Part shown: positions 47,747-60,341 of the stretch, in pieces | Layout of the letters: every line of letters begins with the position of its first letter | How positions within the stretch are numbered: the first letter of the stretch is position 1 | NCBI GenBank assembly: GCA_963728915.1 | Contig: CAVSLV010000001.1 | Coordinates: 1,536,001 to 1,600,000, forward strand | DNA length: 64,000 nucleotides | Origin: an uncultured Gemmatimonadales bacterium | GTDB lineage: Bacteria; Gemmatimonadota; Gemmatimonadetes; Gemmatimonadales; GWC2-71-9 | Direction of reading: 5' to 3' | Notes under the pieces: generated by a model | The model's database searches: none | Seen by the model: the letters and a program-made list of their open reading frames with translations, nothing else | Told to the model about the DNA's origin: nothing | Made by a program: the position numbers and the translations under genes

Positions 47747-47775
47747 TTGACAGCGAGGCCGCCCTGGAGCATTAT
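47747..47775 (+). promoter_or_regulatory. Probable sigma-70 promoter of the M23 gene
   Basis: TTGACA-17 nt-CATTAT. Confidence 0.55.
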
Positions 47776-47873
47776 TGGCTGGCTCTGTGACCTGACACGC
47801 AGAGCCGGACCGCCGCCGGAGGCTCTTCCCGTCACCGGCACTACTTGTTGACTCGAGCCTCGCGGGTGCGGAG

Positions 47874-48794
47874 ATGTCCAAACGACGCTGGACCATCGTC
47901 GTCGTACCGCAGGGTTCGAGCGCTACCAAGATCATTGAGCTCTCCCAGACCGCTCTGAAGCTGGCCGCCACCCTCGGCGTGACCCTCGTCGCGGGGATGC
48001 TGCTGCTCGGGTTCGGGCTGTTCCGGCGCTCGGTGGACATCGCGCGCGCCGATCGCCTCGAGACGGAAAACACCACCCTGGCGGGCGACCTGGATCATCT
48101 CCGCGGCCGGGCGACCGTCCTCTCCGATACCGTCCGCTTCCTCGAGCGGAGAGACGCGCAAATCCGCCTGCTGGCGAATCTCGACCCGATTCCCCCGGAG
48201 GTGCGCGCGGTGGGCATCGGCGGTCCCATGCCGAGGGGCAGCCTGGAAGAGAGTGAAAGCGGGTTAGTCGAGCGGGCCGGAGAAGTCCGGGTCGACCTCG
48301 ATGCGTTGATCCGGCGGGCCAACCTGCTGGCCAGCTCGTTCCGGGAAGCCGCCGACAGCATGGCGCTGCACGCGGATCGCCTTGCCGCGACCCCGTCGAT
48401 CATGCCGACCGCGGGATGGCTCAGCAGCGCCTTCTCCCGGATGCGCTCGCACCCCATTCTCCACTACGCCCGCGCGCACGAAGGGATCGACGTCAGCGCC
48501 CCGATGGGGGCCCCGATCGAGGCGCCGGCCAACGGGACCGTGGTGCAGACCGGCTGGGAAGCGGGGTACGGGAATACCGTGGTCATCGATCACGGATTCG
48601 GCATCGTCACCAAATTCGCCCACTGCTCGAGGATCCTGGTCCAGAAGGGTCAGAAGGTGACCCGGGGGGACCGCATCGCATTGGTGGGCAATACCGGCCT
48701 CTCCACCGGGCCGCATCTCCATTACGAAGTGCACGTCAATGGCAAGGCGGTGGACCCCCGTCGCTACATCCTGCCGGAAGTGATCACCGACTGA
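47874..48794 (+). CDS. M23 family peptidoglycan endopeptidase
   Basis: HEGID, GYGN.VVIDHG, STGPHLHYEV; N-terminal TM and coiled coil. Confidence 0.93.
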   Translation: MSKRRWTIVVVPQGSSATKIIELSQTALKLAATLGVTLVAGMLLLGFGLFRRSVDIARADRLETENTTLAGDLDHLRGRATVLSDTVRFLERRDAQIRLLANLDPIPPEVRAVGIGGPMPRGSLEESESGLVERAGEVRVDLDALIRRANLLASSFREAADSMALHADRLAATPSIMPTAGWLSSAFSRMRSHPILHYARAHEGIDVSAPMGAPIEAPANGTVVQTGWEAGYGNTVVIDHGFGIVTKFAHCSRILVQKGQKVTRGDRIALVGNTGLSTGPHLHYEVHVNGKAVDPRRYILPEVITD

Positions 48795-48795
48795 C

Positions 48796-49359
48796 CTAGA
48801 ATTTCACTTTCGGAGCTTCCGCCGCTTCGGGCCCCGTCAATTCGAAGTACTCCCTCGGTTTCCCCCGCCCGACCACTTTCGCGGTCAGATTGTAGGGGAA
48901 GCGCCGGATGTAGGCGTTGAAGTCCTCCACCGCGCGATTGTAATCCTGCCGCGCCACCGAGATCCGGTTCTCGGTGCCTTCCAGCTGGTCCTGCAGCTGG
49001 AGAAAATTCTGATTCGACTTGAGCTCCGGGTAGTTCTCCACCAGCGCCAGCAGGCGGCCGAGCGGCTGGTTCAGCGCCTGGTTCGCCGTGGCCATCTGCT
49101 GGAGGTCTCCCGACTGAACCGCGCCGGCGAGCTGGCCACGCGCCTCCGCGACCCGGATGAAGACGGTGGTCTCCTGGCGGGCGAATCCCTTGACGGTCTC
49201 GACCAGGTTGGGAATCAGATCAGACCGCCGCTGGAGCTGGGTCTTGATCTGGGACTCCGCGGCATTCACCGCTTCATCCTTGGTCTGGATGGTGTTGTAG
49301 CCGCAGCCGGCCCCCAGCAACAGAGCCACCGCCAGCACCGATCGCCATTGCGAAGCCAT
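48796..49359 (-). CDS. lemA: LemA family lipoprotein
   Basis: GCGYN, QRRSDLIPNLV, ENYPELKS, LEGTENRI. Confidence 0.95.
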   Translation of the reverse strand: MASQWRSVLAVALLLGAGCGYNTIQTKDEAVNAAESQIKTQLQRRSDLIPNLVETVKGFARQETTVFIRVAEARGQLAGAVQSGDLQQMATANQALNQPLGRLLALVENYPELKSNQNFLQLQDQLEGTENRISVARQDYNRAVEDFNAYIRRFPYNLTAKVVGRGKPREYFELTGPEAAEAPKVKF

Positions 49360-50078
49360 CAGCGTGTTCCTCCGGTGAATTGATCGACGAATCGAATCGC
49401 GGCGGCCATCGCCGCGAGGTAGTGCTCAAACCGATCGGCGGGACAGTCCGACGTTCCTCGGCGCCGTGCTTCCCAGAACGCCGTGACCACGGTGAGGTCG
49501 GCGCCGATGACGGGACCAACCGCCCGGAGCATGGCCGGGGTTTCCCGGGGCGCCGGGATGCCCGCCAGCAGCCCGACAACCCGGAGCAGGGCGGCGATCG
49601 AGCTCACGCTCATCGCCACGACTGTTCCCAGCGCCCCGGCGTCGGCGGCGTGCAGGGCATACGCCTGACGCAGCCTGAGCAGCTTGCCCCGAAACTCCTG
49701 TTCCAGCGCGCGTCGGAGGTCGTCCGGCTCGACCTGGAGTCCGGCGAGCGGGTCGGCGCCTCGCAGGACCTCGTGGGCGGCCTGCATGTCCACGATTTCG
49801 ATCGGGAATACATCGCTGGCACGCTGCCACTCCCCCCGCTCGAGCAGCAGCGGTGGAGGGTGGCCGAGCTTTCCCAGCTGGGAGAGCGACGCCCCGGCGC
49901 TCCGGAGACGCGCCGGGTCGAGCCGGTCGGTGACCAGAAGCAGGTTGAGATCCGAGCTTCCCTCACGGAACTCGTCCCGCGCGGCGGATCCGTACGCCAC
50001 CAGCGAGTAGGAATCACCGAAGGCCTGATCGAGGCTCGCCAGCACCGGACCAAGAAGTGTTCGGGTTGTATCCTGCAT
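49359..50078 (-). CDS. Nucleotidyltransferase-fold protein
   Basis: YGSAARDEF...SDLNLLLV, DVFPIE; helical C-terminus. Confidence 0.8.
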   Translation of the reverse strand: MQDTTRTLLGPVLASLDQAFGDSYSLVAYGSAARDEFREGSSDLNLLLVTDRLDPARLRSAGASLSQLGKLGHPPPLLLERGEWQRASDVFPIEIVDMQAAHEVLRGADPLAGLQVEPDDLRRALEQEFRGKLLRLRQAYALHAADAGALGTVVAMSVSSIAALLRVVGLLAGIPAPRETPAMLRAVGPVIGADLTVVTAFWEARRRGTSDCPADRFEHYLAAMAAAIRFVDQFTGGTR

Positions 50079-50950
50079 CAGAACCTCCCTCCTGCCCCAC
50101 CCCCGCTGAAGCCGCCGCCGCCGCCGAACCCGCCGAACCCGCCTCCCCCGCTCCCGCCGCCGAATCCGCCAAACCCGCCGCGCCCTCCTCCCCCGAAGCC
50201 CCCCCAGAAAATCGGGGGAATACTACTGCGGCGTCGTCCCCCCCGCCCCCCAGGCCCGGGGCCGGAGCGCGATCCGGCGATCGCGATGATGATGACGGCC
50301 GCGATGATCGCCACGAAGAACAGCACCATCCCTTTGCCCGGGGATGACTCCCTGGCGGCCCTTCCGCCCGTGAGGGTGCTGTCGGTCAGGCCCATCCCGC
50401 GGGCAATCAGGGCCGAGAGCTGCTGCACACCCGCTTCCAGGCCGGCGCCATACTGCCGTTCCCGGAAGTAGGGGGTCATCAGATCCCTAACCCGCCCAGC
50501 CTGGAGGTCGGTGACGTAGCCTTCGACCCCCTGGCCGGTGGCGATGAAGATCTGCCCCGAATTGGGATCGACCTCGTTCCTGGGCACCAGCAGGATCACG
50601 ACCCCGGTGTTGCGCCGGGGATCGCCGATCGCGGCGCGGGCGCCGACCCCCCAGACCCGTCCGATCGCCACGGCGACGTCCACCGCGGCGCGGTCGCCGA
50701 TCGTGGGAAGGACCGCGATCGCGATCTCCGCCCCGGTGGAATCCCGGAGCCGCTGGGCCAGGATCTCGATCCGCGCCTTGGTGCCGGCATCGACTGCGCC
50801 AACCAGGTCGGTCACATACCCGGTTGGCGAGGAAGGAAAGAGTTTGGCGAGCTGCGGATCGACTTGCTGCGCCAGGGCCACTCGCGGGAGCGCCGCAAGT
50901 TGGAGCAGGCTTCCGAGCAGGATAGCTTTTCTCAATGTGGCTCGCGGCAC
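50078..50950 (-). CDS. TPM (DUF477) domain membrane protein with Gly-rich tail
   Basis: GYVTD, WGVG, IATGQGVEG, GGGGGFSGGGAGGRF; start GTG 50950 or TTG 50935. Confidence 0.9.
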   Translation of the reverse strand: MPRATLRKAILLGSLLQLAALPRVALAQQVDPQLAKLFPSSPTGYVTDLVGAVDAGTKARIEILAQRLRDSTGAEIAIAVLPTIGDRAAVDVAVAIGRVWGVGARAAIGDPRRNTGVVILLVPRNEVDPNSGQIFIATGQGVEGYVTDLQAGRVRDLMTPYFRERQYGAGLEAGVQQLSALIARGMGLTDSTLTGGRAARESSPGKGMVLFFVAIIAAVIIIAIAGSRSGPGPGGRGGRRRSSIPPIFWGGFGGGGRGGFGGFGGGSGGGGFGGFGGGGGFSGGGAGGRF

Positions 50951-51675
50951 TCCTTCTCCTCCTCCTGACCGCCTCCTGCAGCGGTACCCAAACCGTCGTG
51001 GTCCAGGTGCTGGTGCCGGATCTGGCCGGTCGGGAAACCCCGCTGGCCGGCGTCGTGGTGACGGCTTCCCCCTACGATCGCGACAGCATCCTGGCGATCC
51101 TCGAGGAACGGGCGCCTGAACCGCGACCACATACGCAGGCGCTCGACAGCCTGTTTCAGGCGTTTCGTACTCCCTTCCTTGCCTTCGCACGGGCCACCTG
51201 GCAGCTGGATCAGCTGCGCCGGAAGCGTGACTCCCTCGTCACCGAACGGCAAGGGGCCCGGAGCGAGGCGGCTCGCGGTGAGCTCGGGCCCCGACTCTCC
51301 GCCGTGGAGGACTCGCTCCGGAGCCTGGAGCCCCAGGTTGCCCGTCTGCGCCAGAGCCTCGGCCGGGCCCGCGATACCTTGTGGCCCCGGATCGAGCGAC
51401 TCCGCGGCGACGTCGACCGCTGGGAAAAGGCCGCCCATGCCGGTTACGATTCGGCGGTCCGGGTGGCAACCCGGTCGCGGTTCGACGAACGGTTCACCGA
51501 TACCACCGATGCGCGCGGCTGGGTCCGTCTGGTGCTTCCGTCCGCCGGCTGGCGGGTGTTGACCCGCTCGCCCGACCTGGAAGACCCCAACGCGCAGTGG
51601 TCCTGGAATGTGCCGGTCACCGGCGATACCCTGCGACTCACCCCGGCCAACGCGCGTCATCTCCCGAGGTACTGA
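50935..51675 (+). CDS. Hypothetical lipoprotein with coiled coil
   Basis: MWLAALLLLLLTASC lipobox; abuts the DsbA-like gene. Confidence 0.7.
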   Translation: MWLAALLLLLLTASCSGTQTVVVQVLVPDLAGRETPLAGVVVTASPYDRDSILAILEERAPEPRPHTQALDSLFQAFRTPFLAFARATWQLDQLRRKRDSLVTERQGARSEAARGELGPRLSAVEDSLRSLEPQVARLRQSLGRARDTLWPRIERLRGDVDRWEKAAHAGYDSAVRVATRSRFDERFTDTTDARGWVRLVLPSAGWRVLTRSPDLEDPNAQWSWNVPVTGDTLRLTPANARHLPRY

Positions 51676-52284
51676 ATGTCCGTTCGCCCCTTCCTGCTCG
51701 CCTCCACCGTCGCCCTGCTGGCCGGCCGGCTGCCGGCCCAGACCGACCCGCTGGCCGCTCGCACCAAGGGCTCGCCCCACGCGCCGGTGACGGTGTACGA
51801 GATGTCCGATTTCCAGTGTCCCTTCTGCAAGCGTCACGTGGACCAGACTTTCCCCGCCCTGGAGAAGGAGTACATCGCCACGGGAAAGGTCCGCTGGATC
51901 TTCATCAACTTCCCGCTCAACATCCACCGGAATGCTCCCCCCGCCGCCGAGTTCGCGATGTGCGCCGCGCGGGATGGGAAGTTCTGGCCCGCCCACGACC
52001 TGCTCTACCGCCATCAGAACGACTGGGCCGAGCTTCCTAACCCGGGGACCTATTTCCTGGGGCTGACCGATTCGCTCAAGCTCCCGCGCGACAAGATGCG
52101 CGCCTGCCTGGAGAGCGGGGCCACCCGGAGCGAGATCAAGGACGACGCGGACGGCGCGCTGCGCTCCGGCGCGGTCAGCACCCCGTCCTTCTACATCGAG
52201 GGCGGAATGCTGGTGGGGGCGCTGCCTCCCGCAATCTGGCGCCCGATCCTCGATTCGGTCTACAAGGCCAAAACCGGCAAATAG
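51676..52284 (+). CDS. DsbA/BdbD-like thioredoxin-fold protein
   Basis: KGSPHAPVTVYEMSDFQCPFC, STPSF. Confidence 0.9.
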   Translation: MSVRPFLLASTVALLAGRLPAQTDPLAARTKGSPHAPVTVYEMSDFQCPFCKRHVDQTFPALEKEYIATGKVRWIFINFPLNIHRNAPPAAEFAMCAARDGKFWPAHDLLYRHQNDWAELPNPGTYFLGLTDSLKLPRDKMRACLESGATRSEIKDDADGALRSGAVSTPSFYIEGGMLVGALPPAIWRPILDSVYKAKTGK

Positions 52285-52290
52285 AGGGCG

Positions 52291-53616
52291 TTGCCCAGCT
52301 TCGCCTACCGCGCGCTCCTTCGCCTGGGCATCGGCCTGGCGCCGCTTGCGGGCCGGCGCAATGCGAAGATCCGGGCCGGGCTGGCGGAGCGCCGGGGGCT
52401 GCTCGCGCGCTATCGTGCATTCGGTGCGGCGGATCGCGATCGATCCCGGCCTCTCCTCTGGATCCACGCCGCCTCCCTCGGAGAGGCCCGCCAGGCCGAG
52501 GCGGTCCTGGAAGAGCTCCGCCGGGGCCATCCCGGCTGGCAGATCGCCTGGACCTGGTTCAGCCCTTCCGCGAGCGGGTTAGGAGGGGACCCCCGGGCCG
52601 ATTTTGCCGCCTGCCTGCCCTGGGATCGGCCCCCCGACGTCGAGACCGCGCTCGACGCGCTTCGCCCCAACGCCCTGGTGTTCGCCAAGCTCGACCTCTG
52701 GCCCGAGCTGGCCTGCCGGGCCGCCGCTCGTGGCGCGGCCGTCGGCCTGATCGGCGGGACCGTCAGCCCCCACTCGCGCCGGCTCCGGTGGCCGGCTCGT
52801 CCTCTGATCGCCCCCGGATACCGGGTGGTCCGCCGGGCCGGAGCGATCAGCGCCGATGACGCCGGGCGACTCGTTCGGCTGGGCATCCCGACGGAGCGGA
52901 TGACGATCACCGGGGACCCCCGGTTCGACAGCGCGCTGGCCCGGGCACTGGCGGTAGGGCAGAACGATCCGCTCCGCCGCTATGCGGCGGCCGGTCCCAC
53001 CCTGGTGGCGGGGTCCACCTGGCCGGAGGACGAGGTCAGGCTGCTCGCCGCCTACCGAACGGTGCGGGCCTCCTTTGCCGAAGCGCGCCTGATCCTGGTT
53101 CCCCACGAGCCCACCCCGGCCCATCTGGCCGGGGTGGACCGGCGTTGCCGGGAGGCGGATCTTCCTAACCCGCTCCGGCTCAGCAACCGGCCCGACCCGG
53201 AAACGACGCCTCTGCTGGTGGTGGATCGGATCGGTCCCCTGCCGCTGTTCTACGCCGACGCCGCGATCGCGTACGTGGGCGGCGGGTTCGGCCGGCGCGG
53301 ACTCCACTCGGTGCTGGAACCCGCCGCGGCCGGCGTCCCGACCCTGTTCGGACCGGAATGGCGAGGCAGCCCCGACGCCGGGGCGTTGCTCGCCGCCGAG
53401 GGGGCGGCGGCACTGGCTCGTCCCTTCCCTCGATGGATCCGCCCCGATGCCAGTCCCGAACGCCGCGACGACGAGCTGGTCGTCCTCTGGCTCGCCCTGC
53501 TGCACGACCTCGAACAGGCTCGTGCCGCCGGGGCGCGCGCCCGCGCTTTCGTCGAGGCCGGACTTGGCGCCGCCGCTCGAAGTGCCGTGCTGGTGGAGCA
53601 GTTAATGGAGGGTTAG
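52291..53616 (+). CDS. waaA: Kdo transferase family protein
   Basis: WIHAASLGE, TGDPRFD, VAGSTWPEDE, LVPHEP, YVGGGF, HSVLEPA. Confidence 0.88.
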   Translation: MPSFAYRALLRLGIGLAPLAGRRNAKIRAGLAERRGLLARYRAFGAADRDRSRPLLWIHAASLGEARQAEAVLEELRRGHPGWQIAWTWFSPSASGLGGDPRADFAACLPWDRPPDVETALDALRPNALVFAKLDLWPELACRAAARGAAVGLIGGTVSPHSRRLRWPARPLIAPGYRVVRRAGAISADDAGRLVRLGIPTERMTITGDPRFDSALARALAVGQNDPLRRYAAAGPTLVAGSTWPEDEVRLLAAYRTVRASFAEARLILVPHEPTPAHLAGVDRRCREADLPNPLRLSNRPDPETTPLLVVDRIGPLPLFYADAAIAYVGGGFGRRGLHSVLEPAAAGVPTLFGPEWRGSPDAGALLAAEGAAALARPFPRWIRPDASPERRDDELVVLWLALLHDLEQARAAGARARAFVEAGLGAAARSAVLVEQLMEG

Positions 53617-53966
53617 GGCTCGACGACCACGCCCTGGTAGGTCACGGTCCGTGGAACGATGAGACCGCCAGTGAGGATCGTGAACAGCACATCGCTCCAC
53701 GAGCTCCGCACCTTGATACGCAGATCCGCGACCGAGGCGCCGCCGACGAGCTGACGGTTCAGCGCCTTCTGCAGGTTGGGAGAGGAGAGCGTGATCAGGC
53801 CGAAGAGACCGTGCACACTGTGGCCGCTGGTCTGGAACGCCGACCCCTGGGGAGGAGCCCCCGCCGCGGAGGCCATGGTGACCGGGACCCCGAGGCTGGT
53901 CGCATCGAAGGTCTGCACGCAGCCCGCGGTCCCGAGCAGAACCACGAGGAGGGCGGCGCGCCTCAC
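53613..53966 (-). CDS. Small lipoprotein (Bor/TRL-like)
   Basis: TAGC lipobox; HGLFGL, ILTGGLIVPRTV. Confidence 0.55.
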   Translation of the reverse strand: MRRAALLVVLLGTAGCVQTFDATSLGVPVTMASAAGAPPQGSAFQTSGHSVHGLFGLITLSSPNLQKALNRQLVGGASVADLRIKVRSSWSDVLFTILTGGLIVPRTVTYQGVVVEP

Positions 53967-54619
53967 GTCCCGACCTTGAAGCCCACCCCGATGCTCAGCA
54001 CCGAGGGATGGGCCCCGCTCCCCGCGCTGACCCGGTCGTACATGGCCCGCAGGGACAATCCACTCAGGAAGCCCACGTCGACCCCACCGCTGATGCCGAA
54101 TTTGGCCCGGGTGCCGTCCACGATGCCGGCCCCCGATTGGTGCAGCACGTCGACCCGGGGAGCGATCCAGGGCTTGATGCTGAACGCCGGGTTAGGAATC
54201 GTCACCCCGAGACCCAGCCCGGCGGGAAAGTGCCAGGTGGTGATGTCGTCCCCCTCGACCGAGCTGGTTCGGGTCCGGGCCGCGCCGCCCTGCATGGTGA
54301 TGGCGAGGGGAATCAGGGGCCCGCCGAACACCTTGAGGTTCACCGTCCCGCCCACCGAGGTCACCGCGTCGGCATCCTTGGGGCTCCAGCGATCGACGCT
54401 CGCGGTGACGCCGAGGGGCCCGAGCCCCACGAAACCGGTGGCGCCGATCGCGGTGCCCTTCCCCAGGTCCGCATTGGGAAACCCCAGATCCGCCGCGATC
54501 CCGATCCCGGTCCCGATCCCGGCGTTGCGGACCGGAAGCCCGGTGACCTGCCCCCGGAGACCGGCGGGCAGGACCACGGCGCCTCCCAGCACCGCGAGGA
54601 GACTCAATCGAAACCGCAT
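53963..54619 (-). CDS. Putative outer-membrane beta-barrel protein
   Basis: Signal peptide; alternating Gly/hydrophobic strands; terminal IGVGFKV. Confidence 0.65.
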   Translation of the reverse strand: MRFRLSLLAVLGGAVVLPAGLRGQVTGLPVRNAGIGTGIGIAADLGFPNADLGKGTAIGATGFVGLGPLGVTASVDRWSPKDADAVTSVGGTVNLKVFGGPLIPLAITMQGGAARTRTSSVEGDDITTWHFPAGLGLGVTIPNPAFSIKPWIAPRVDVLHQSGAGIVDGTRAKFGISGGVDVGFLSGLSLRAMYDRVSAGSGAHPSVLSIGVGFKVGT

Positions 54620-54656
54620 GAACTGGAGCTCCCGGGCGTTGCGCCCCTTGGAGAAA

Positions 54657-55259
54657 TCAGCGGGCGAAGGCCGCGCCGATGGAGAAATTCTCGATGTCGC
54701 CGATGCCCACCGCCGCCCGGATCTCGAACCGCCGGCTGAGCCGGAGATCTCCCCCCAGCCCGAGCGCGATCAGCAGATCGCTGCCGCCCTTGCCGAAGGT
54801 CGGCACCAGCACCGGCTCGGCGTAGGGCACCAGGCTTATGCTGGAATTCTCGAAGGTAATCCGTCTGCCGATCGAGAGACCAACCGGGAGGAAAAGACGG
54901 GAAGCGTCCTTGACGAGCCGGCTGCCCACCCCGACGATCACCGCGCCGTCAAGGGGGAAGTCCTGGGTCTGGTCAAAGACCCGCACCCGGCCATCCACTC
55001 CGGCGAGCAGACCGGTGCGACCTCCCGCGCCACCATCGATCACCCCACCTCGCAACGAAAGGTCCCAGCGGCCACCGGCCTGGCTCATGCCATAGAAACC
55101 CTCGACGGTGATGTTACCCTGATCGGAGACATTCCCGCCCAGCTCGTAGCGTTCGAAGTTCCGATAGGGCGCGTGGAAGACCGGAGTGCCGGTCGATTGC
55201 GCCGCGAGCGGGCCGCCCAGAGCCAGGAGGAGCAGGCCCGGGATCGCTTTATCCAGCAT
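54657..55259 (-). CDS. Putative outer-membrane beta-barrel protein
   Basis: MLDKAIPGLLLLALGGPLAAQ signal; amphipathic strands; GGAGAG RBS within the atpC end. Confidence 0.65.
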   Translation of the reverse strand: MLDKAIPGLLLLALGGPLAAQSTGTPVFHAPYRNFERYELGGNVSDQGNITVEGFYGMSQAGGRWDLSLRGGVIDGGAGGRTGLLAGVDGRVRVFDQTQDFPLDGAVIVGVGSRLVKDASRLFLPVGLSIGRRITFENSSISLVPYAEPVLVPTFGKGGSDLLIALGLGGDLRLSRRFEIRAAVGIGDIENFSIGAAFAR

Positions 55260-55508
55260 CGTTCTCTCCCTGAATTTGTTCCGCGACGATGCGAACGGTG
55301 TTGGAGACGACCTGCAGAAAACCGCCCTGCACACGGAAGCTGCGCAGCGCGCCCCCTGCGCGAATCGAGAGCGTGCCGCGTCCCAGCAGGGTCATGAACG
55401 GGGCGTGCTTCGGGAGAATGCCGACTTCGCCGTCGAACGCCGGCGCGACCAGGCTCTCGGCCTCGCCCTCGAAGACGGTCCGCTCGGGACTGATCACCAG
55501 CACCTGCA

Positions 55509-55509
<1 letters not shown>
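55249..55509 (-). CDS. atpC: ATP synthase F1 epsilon, short (86 aa)
   Basis: VISPER, GEVGILPKHAP, GGFLQV. Confidence 0.92.
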
Positions 55510-57908
<2,399 letters not shown>

Positions 57909-57909
<1 letters not shown>

Positions 57910-59486
57910 TACTCGGAACGGAAGAGCGGCTTGAACGCTTCGATGGCCGCTTTCAGGTTGGCGGTGGTGGCGTCGTCCAGCGCCTTCCTGGTGCGAATGG
58001 TCTCGAGCGGCTCGCCGGGCGCGCTCTCCAGGTACTCGAGGAAGTCCCGCTCCCACTTCCGGATCTGCTTCACATCCACGTCATCCAGGAACCCGTTGGT
58101 GGCCGCGAAGATGATGGCGACCTGGCGCTCGACCGGGACCGGGGCGTACTGAGGCTGCTTGAGGATCTCCACCAGCCGGGAACCCCGCGCGAGCTGCCGC
58201 TGAGTGGCGGCATCGAGATCGGAGCCGAACTGGGCGAAGGCCTCGAGCTCACGGAACTGCGCCAGCGAGAGCCGCAGCGGTCCCGCCACCTGTTTCATCG
58301 CCTTGATCTGGGCATTCCCGCCGACCCGGCTCACGCTGATGCCGGGATCCACCGCGGGGCGCACGTTGGCGTAGAAGAGATCGGTGGTCAGGAAGATCTG
58401 CCCGTCGGTGATCGAAATCACGTTGGTCGGGATGTAGGCGGAGACGTCGCCCGCCTGGGTCTCGATGATCGGCAGCGCGGTGAGCGACCCCCCGGGCCTC
58501 TTGATGCGGGGATCCAGCTTGATGACCCCGGGATCCTCGGCGATCTTCGCGGCCCGCTCCAGCAGCCGGCTGTGGAGATAGAAGACGTCGCCGGGATAGG
58601 CCTCGCGCCCGGGCGGGCGACGAAGAATCAGCGACATCTGCCGGTACGCCGCCGCCTGCTTCGACAGATCGTCGTACACGCACAGCGTCGCCTTGCCTTC
58701 GGCGTACATGAAATGCTCGGCGATGGCACAGCCCGCGTAGGGCGCGATGAACTGAAGCGGCGCGGGCTCCGACGCGGAAGCCACCACCACGATGGTGTAG
58801 TCCATCGCCCCGGTTTCCTTGAGGCGCTCCACCACGGTGGCCACGGTCGAGCGCTTCTGCCCGATCGCGACGTACACACAGACCACGCCGGTGCCCTTCT
58901 GATTGATGATGGTGTCGATCGCGATCGCGGTCTTTCCGGTGCCTCGGTCGCCGATGATCAGCTCCCGCTGGCCCCGGCCGATCGGGATCATGGAGTCGAT
59001 CGCCTTGATCCCGGTCTGCAACGGCTCCTTGACCGGCTGCCGCACGATGATGCCCGGCGCGATCATCTCGACCGGTCGGTGCCCCTCCGCCTTGATGGGC
59101 CCTCGGCCGTCCACCGGATTGCCGAGGGCACCGACCACCCGCCCCAGCATCGCGGAGCCCACCGGGACTTCGAGCAGATGCCCAGTACAGCGTACCTCAT
59201 CCCCTTCCTTGAGCTTGAGGTAGTCGCCCATGATCGCGGCGCCCACATTGTCCTGCTCGAGATTGAGCACCAGGCCGGAGATGACCTCGCCGGTTTCCGA
59301 GGAGGTGAATTCCAGCATTTCGCCGGCGAGGGCCCGCTTGAGCCCATAGATCCGGGCCACGCCGTCACGCACTTCGAGGGTGGTACCGACTTCGGCGGTA
59401 TCGGCCTGGGCGAGGCTGGCTGCCTCGATCTCTCGAAGCAGGATCTCCTTCAGCTCGCCGGGACGGAGAATGGATTCAGTCGCCAT
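57909..59486 (-). CDS. atpA: ATP synthase F1 alpha
   Basis: [41 protein letters not shown]. Confidence 0.98.
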
Positions 59487-59540
59487 GGGTCCGGGTCGTG
59501 GGGACGAGAAAAGGTATCGATTTGGTGTTTGTGAAAAATA

Positions 59541-60332
59541 TCACAAGCGAGCAGTCTCGCGCAAGACCAGGGGAGCTCGGCCGCTTCGCCGGATGAAGCG
59601 CCGAACCAGGTCGCGCCAGCCGAGCCTCCGCGCTTCGGCGAGCCCGGTGCCGAGCACCCGGCGCACCGTGGTCCGCAGGTGGGTCGGACTGGAGAACCCG
59701 AGGAGTCGCGCCACCGCGTTCCGGTCGTAACCGGGGTTGCCGAACAGCTCAAGCGCTACCGTAACGGTGAGGAAATCGCTCAGGCGCTTGAGGTTCGGAG
59801 CTCCCCCCGCCCCGAACTGTCTCGAGAGGTGTTCGCGCGAAACACCCAGTGAGCGGGCCAGCTGGACCGGACCAGGAGGCCGTCCCGGAGCGGCGGATAG
59901 CAGCTCCCAGGCGCCCCGCTGCAGTGGCTCACTGAGACCCAGGATCCGGGGAAGCTCCGCCCGATTTGGCAAGCGGCGGCGGGAAGCACCCTCCCGTGCC
60001 GCGATCGAACCCGCGATGGTCTCGTCGATCCCCTCGACCACGAGCTGGGTCACGCCCACCGCATCCCATCGCATCACCAGCTCGGCATCCTCGGCTCGCA
60101 CCGGCCCCATGAGAATGATCGGGATCGTCGGGTAGCGGCCTCGAAGCGGCGCAAGATCGACCCGCCGGGCGAGCTGGGTGCTCATCACGATCGTATCGAT
60201 CAGCCGGTGCTGGAGCTGGTGCTCGAGGCGGGGGATGGTGCGACAGGACACCAGGCGGGAGCCTCGCGGGAGGGATCGCCGGAGTGCGTTGCGAGCGTTG
60301 CGGCCTTCGAGCACCGCGGCGATCCCTGCCAT
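59541..60332 (-). CDS. AraC-like HTH protein with degenerate receiver-like N-terminus
   Basis: LARSLGVSREHLSRQF and VARLLGFSSPTHL helices. Confidence 0.7.
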   Translation of the reverse strand: MAGIAAVLEGRNARNALRRSLPRGSRLVSCRTIPRLEHQLQHRLIDTIVMSTQLARRVDLAPLRGRYPTIPIILMGPVRAEDAELVMRWDAVGVTQLVVEGIDETIAGSIAAREGASRRRLPNRAELPRILGLSEPLQRGAWELLSAAPGRPPGPVQLARSLGVSREHLSRQFGAGGAPNLKRLSDFLTVTVALELFGNPGYDRNAVARLLGFSSPTHLRTTVRRVLGTGLAEARRLGWRDLVRRFIRRSGRAPLVLRETARL

Positions 60333-60341
60333 CGCCAACGA

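Noticed and set aside
47781..47806. Hairpin GGCTCTG...CAGAGCC in the M23 leader as a riboswitch or sRNA
   Set aside because: A single 7-bp stem with no recognisable aptamer; needs an Rfam scan.
50095..50205. GC-rich repeats (CCGCCGAA...)
   Set aside because: They encode the ordinary GGFGG tail of TPM proteins.
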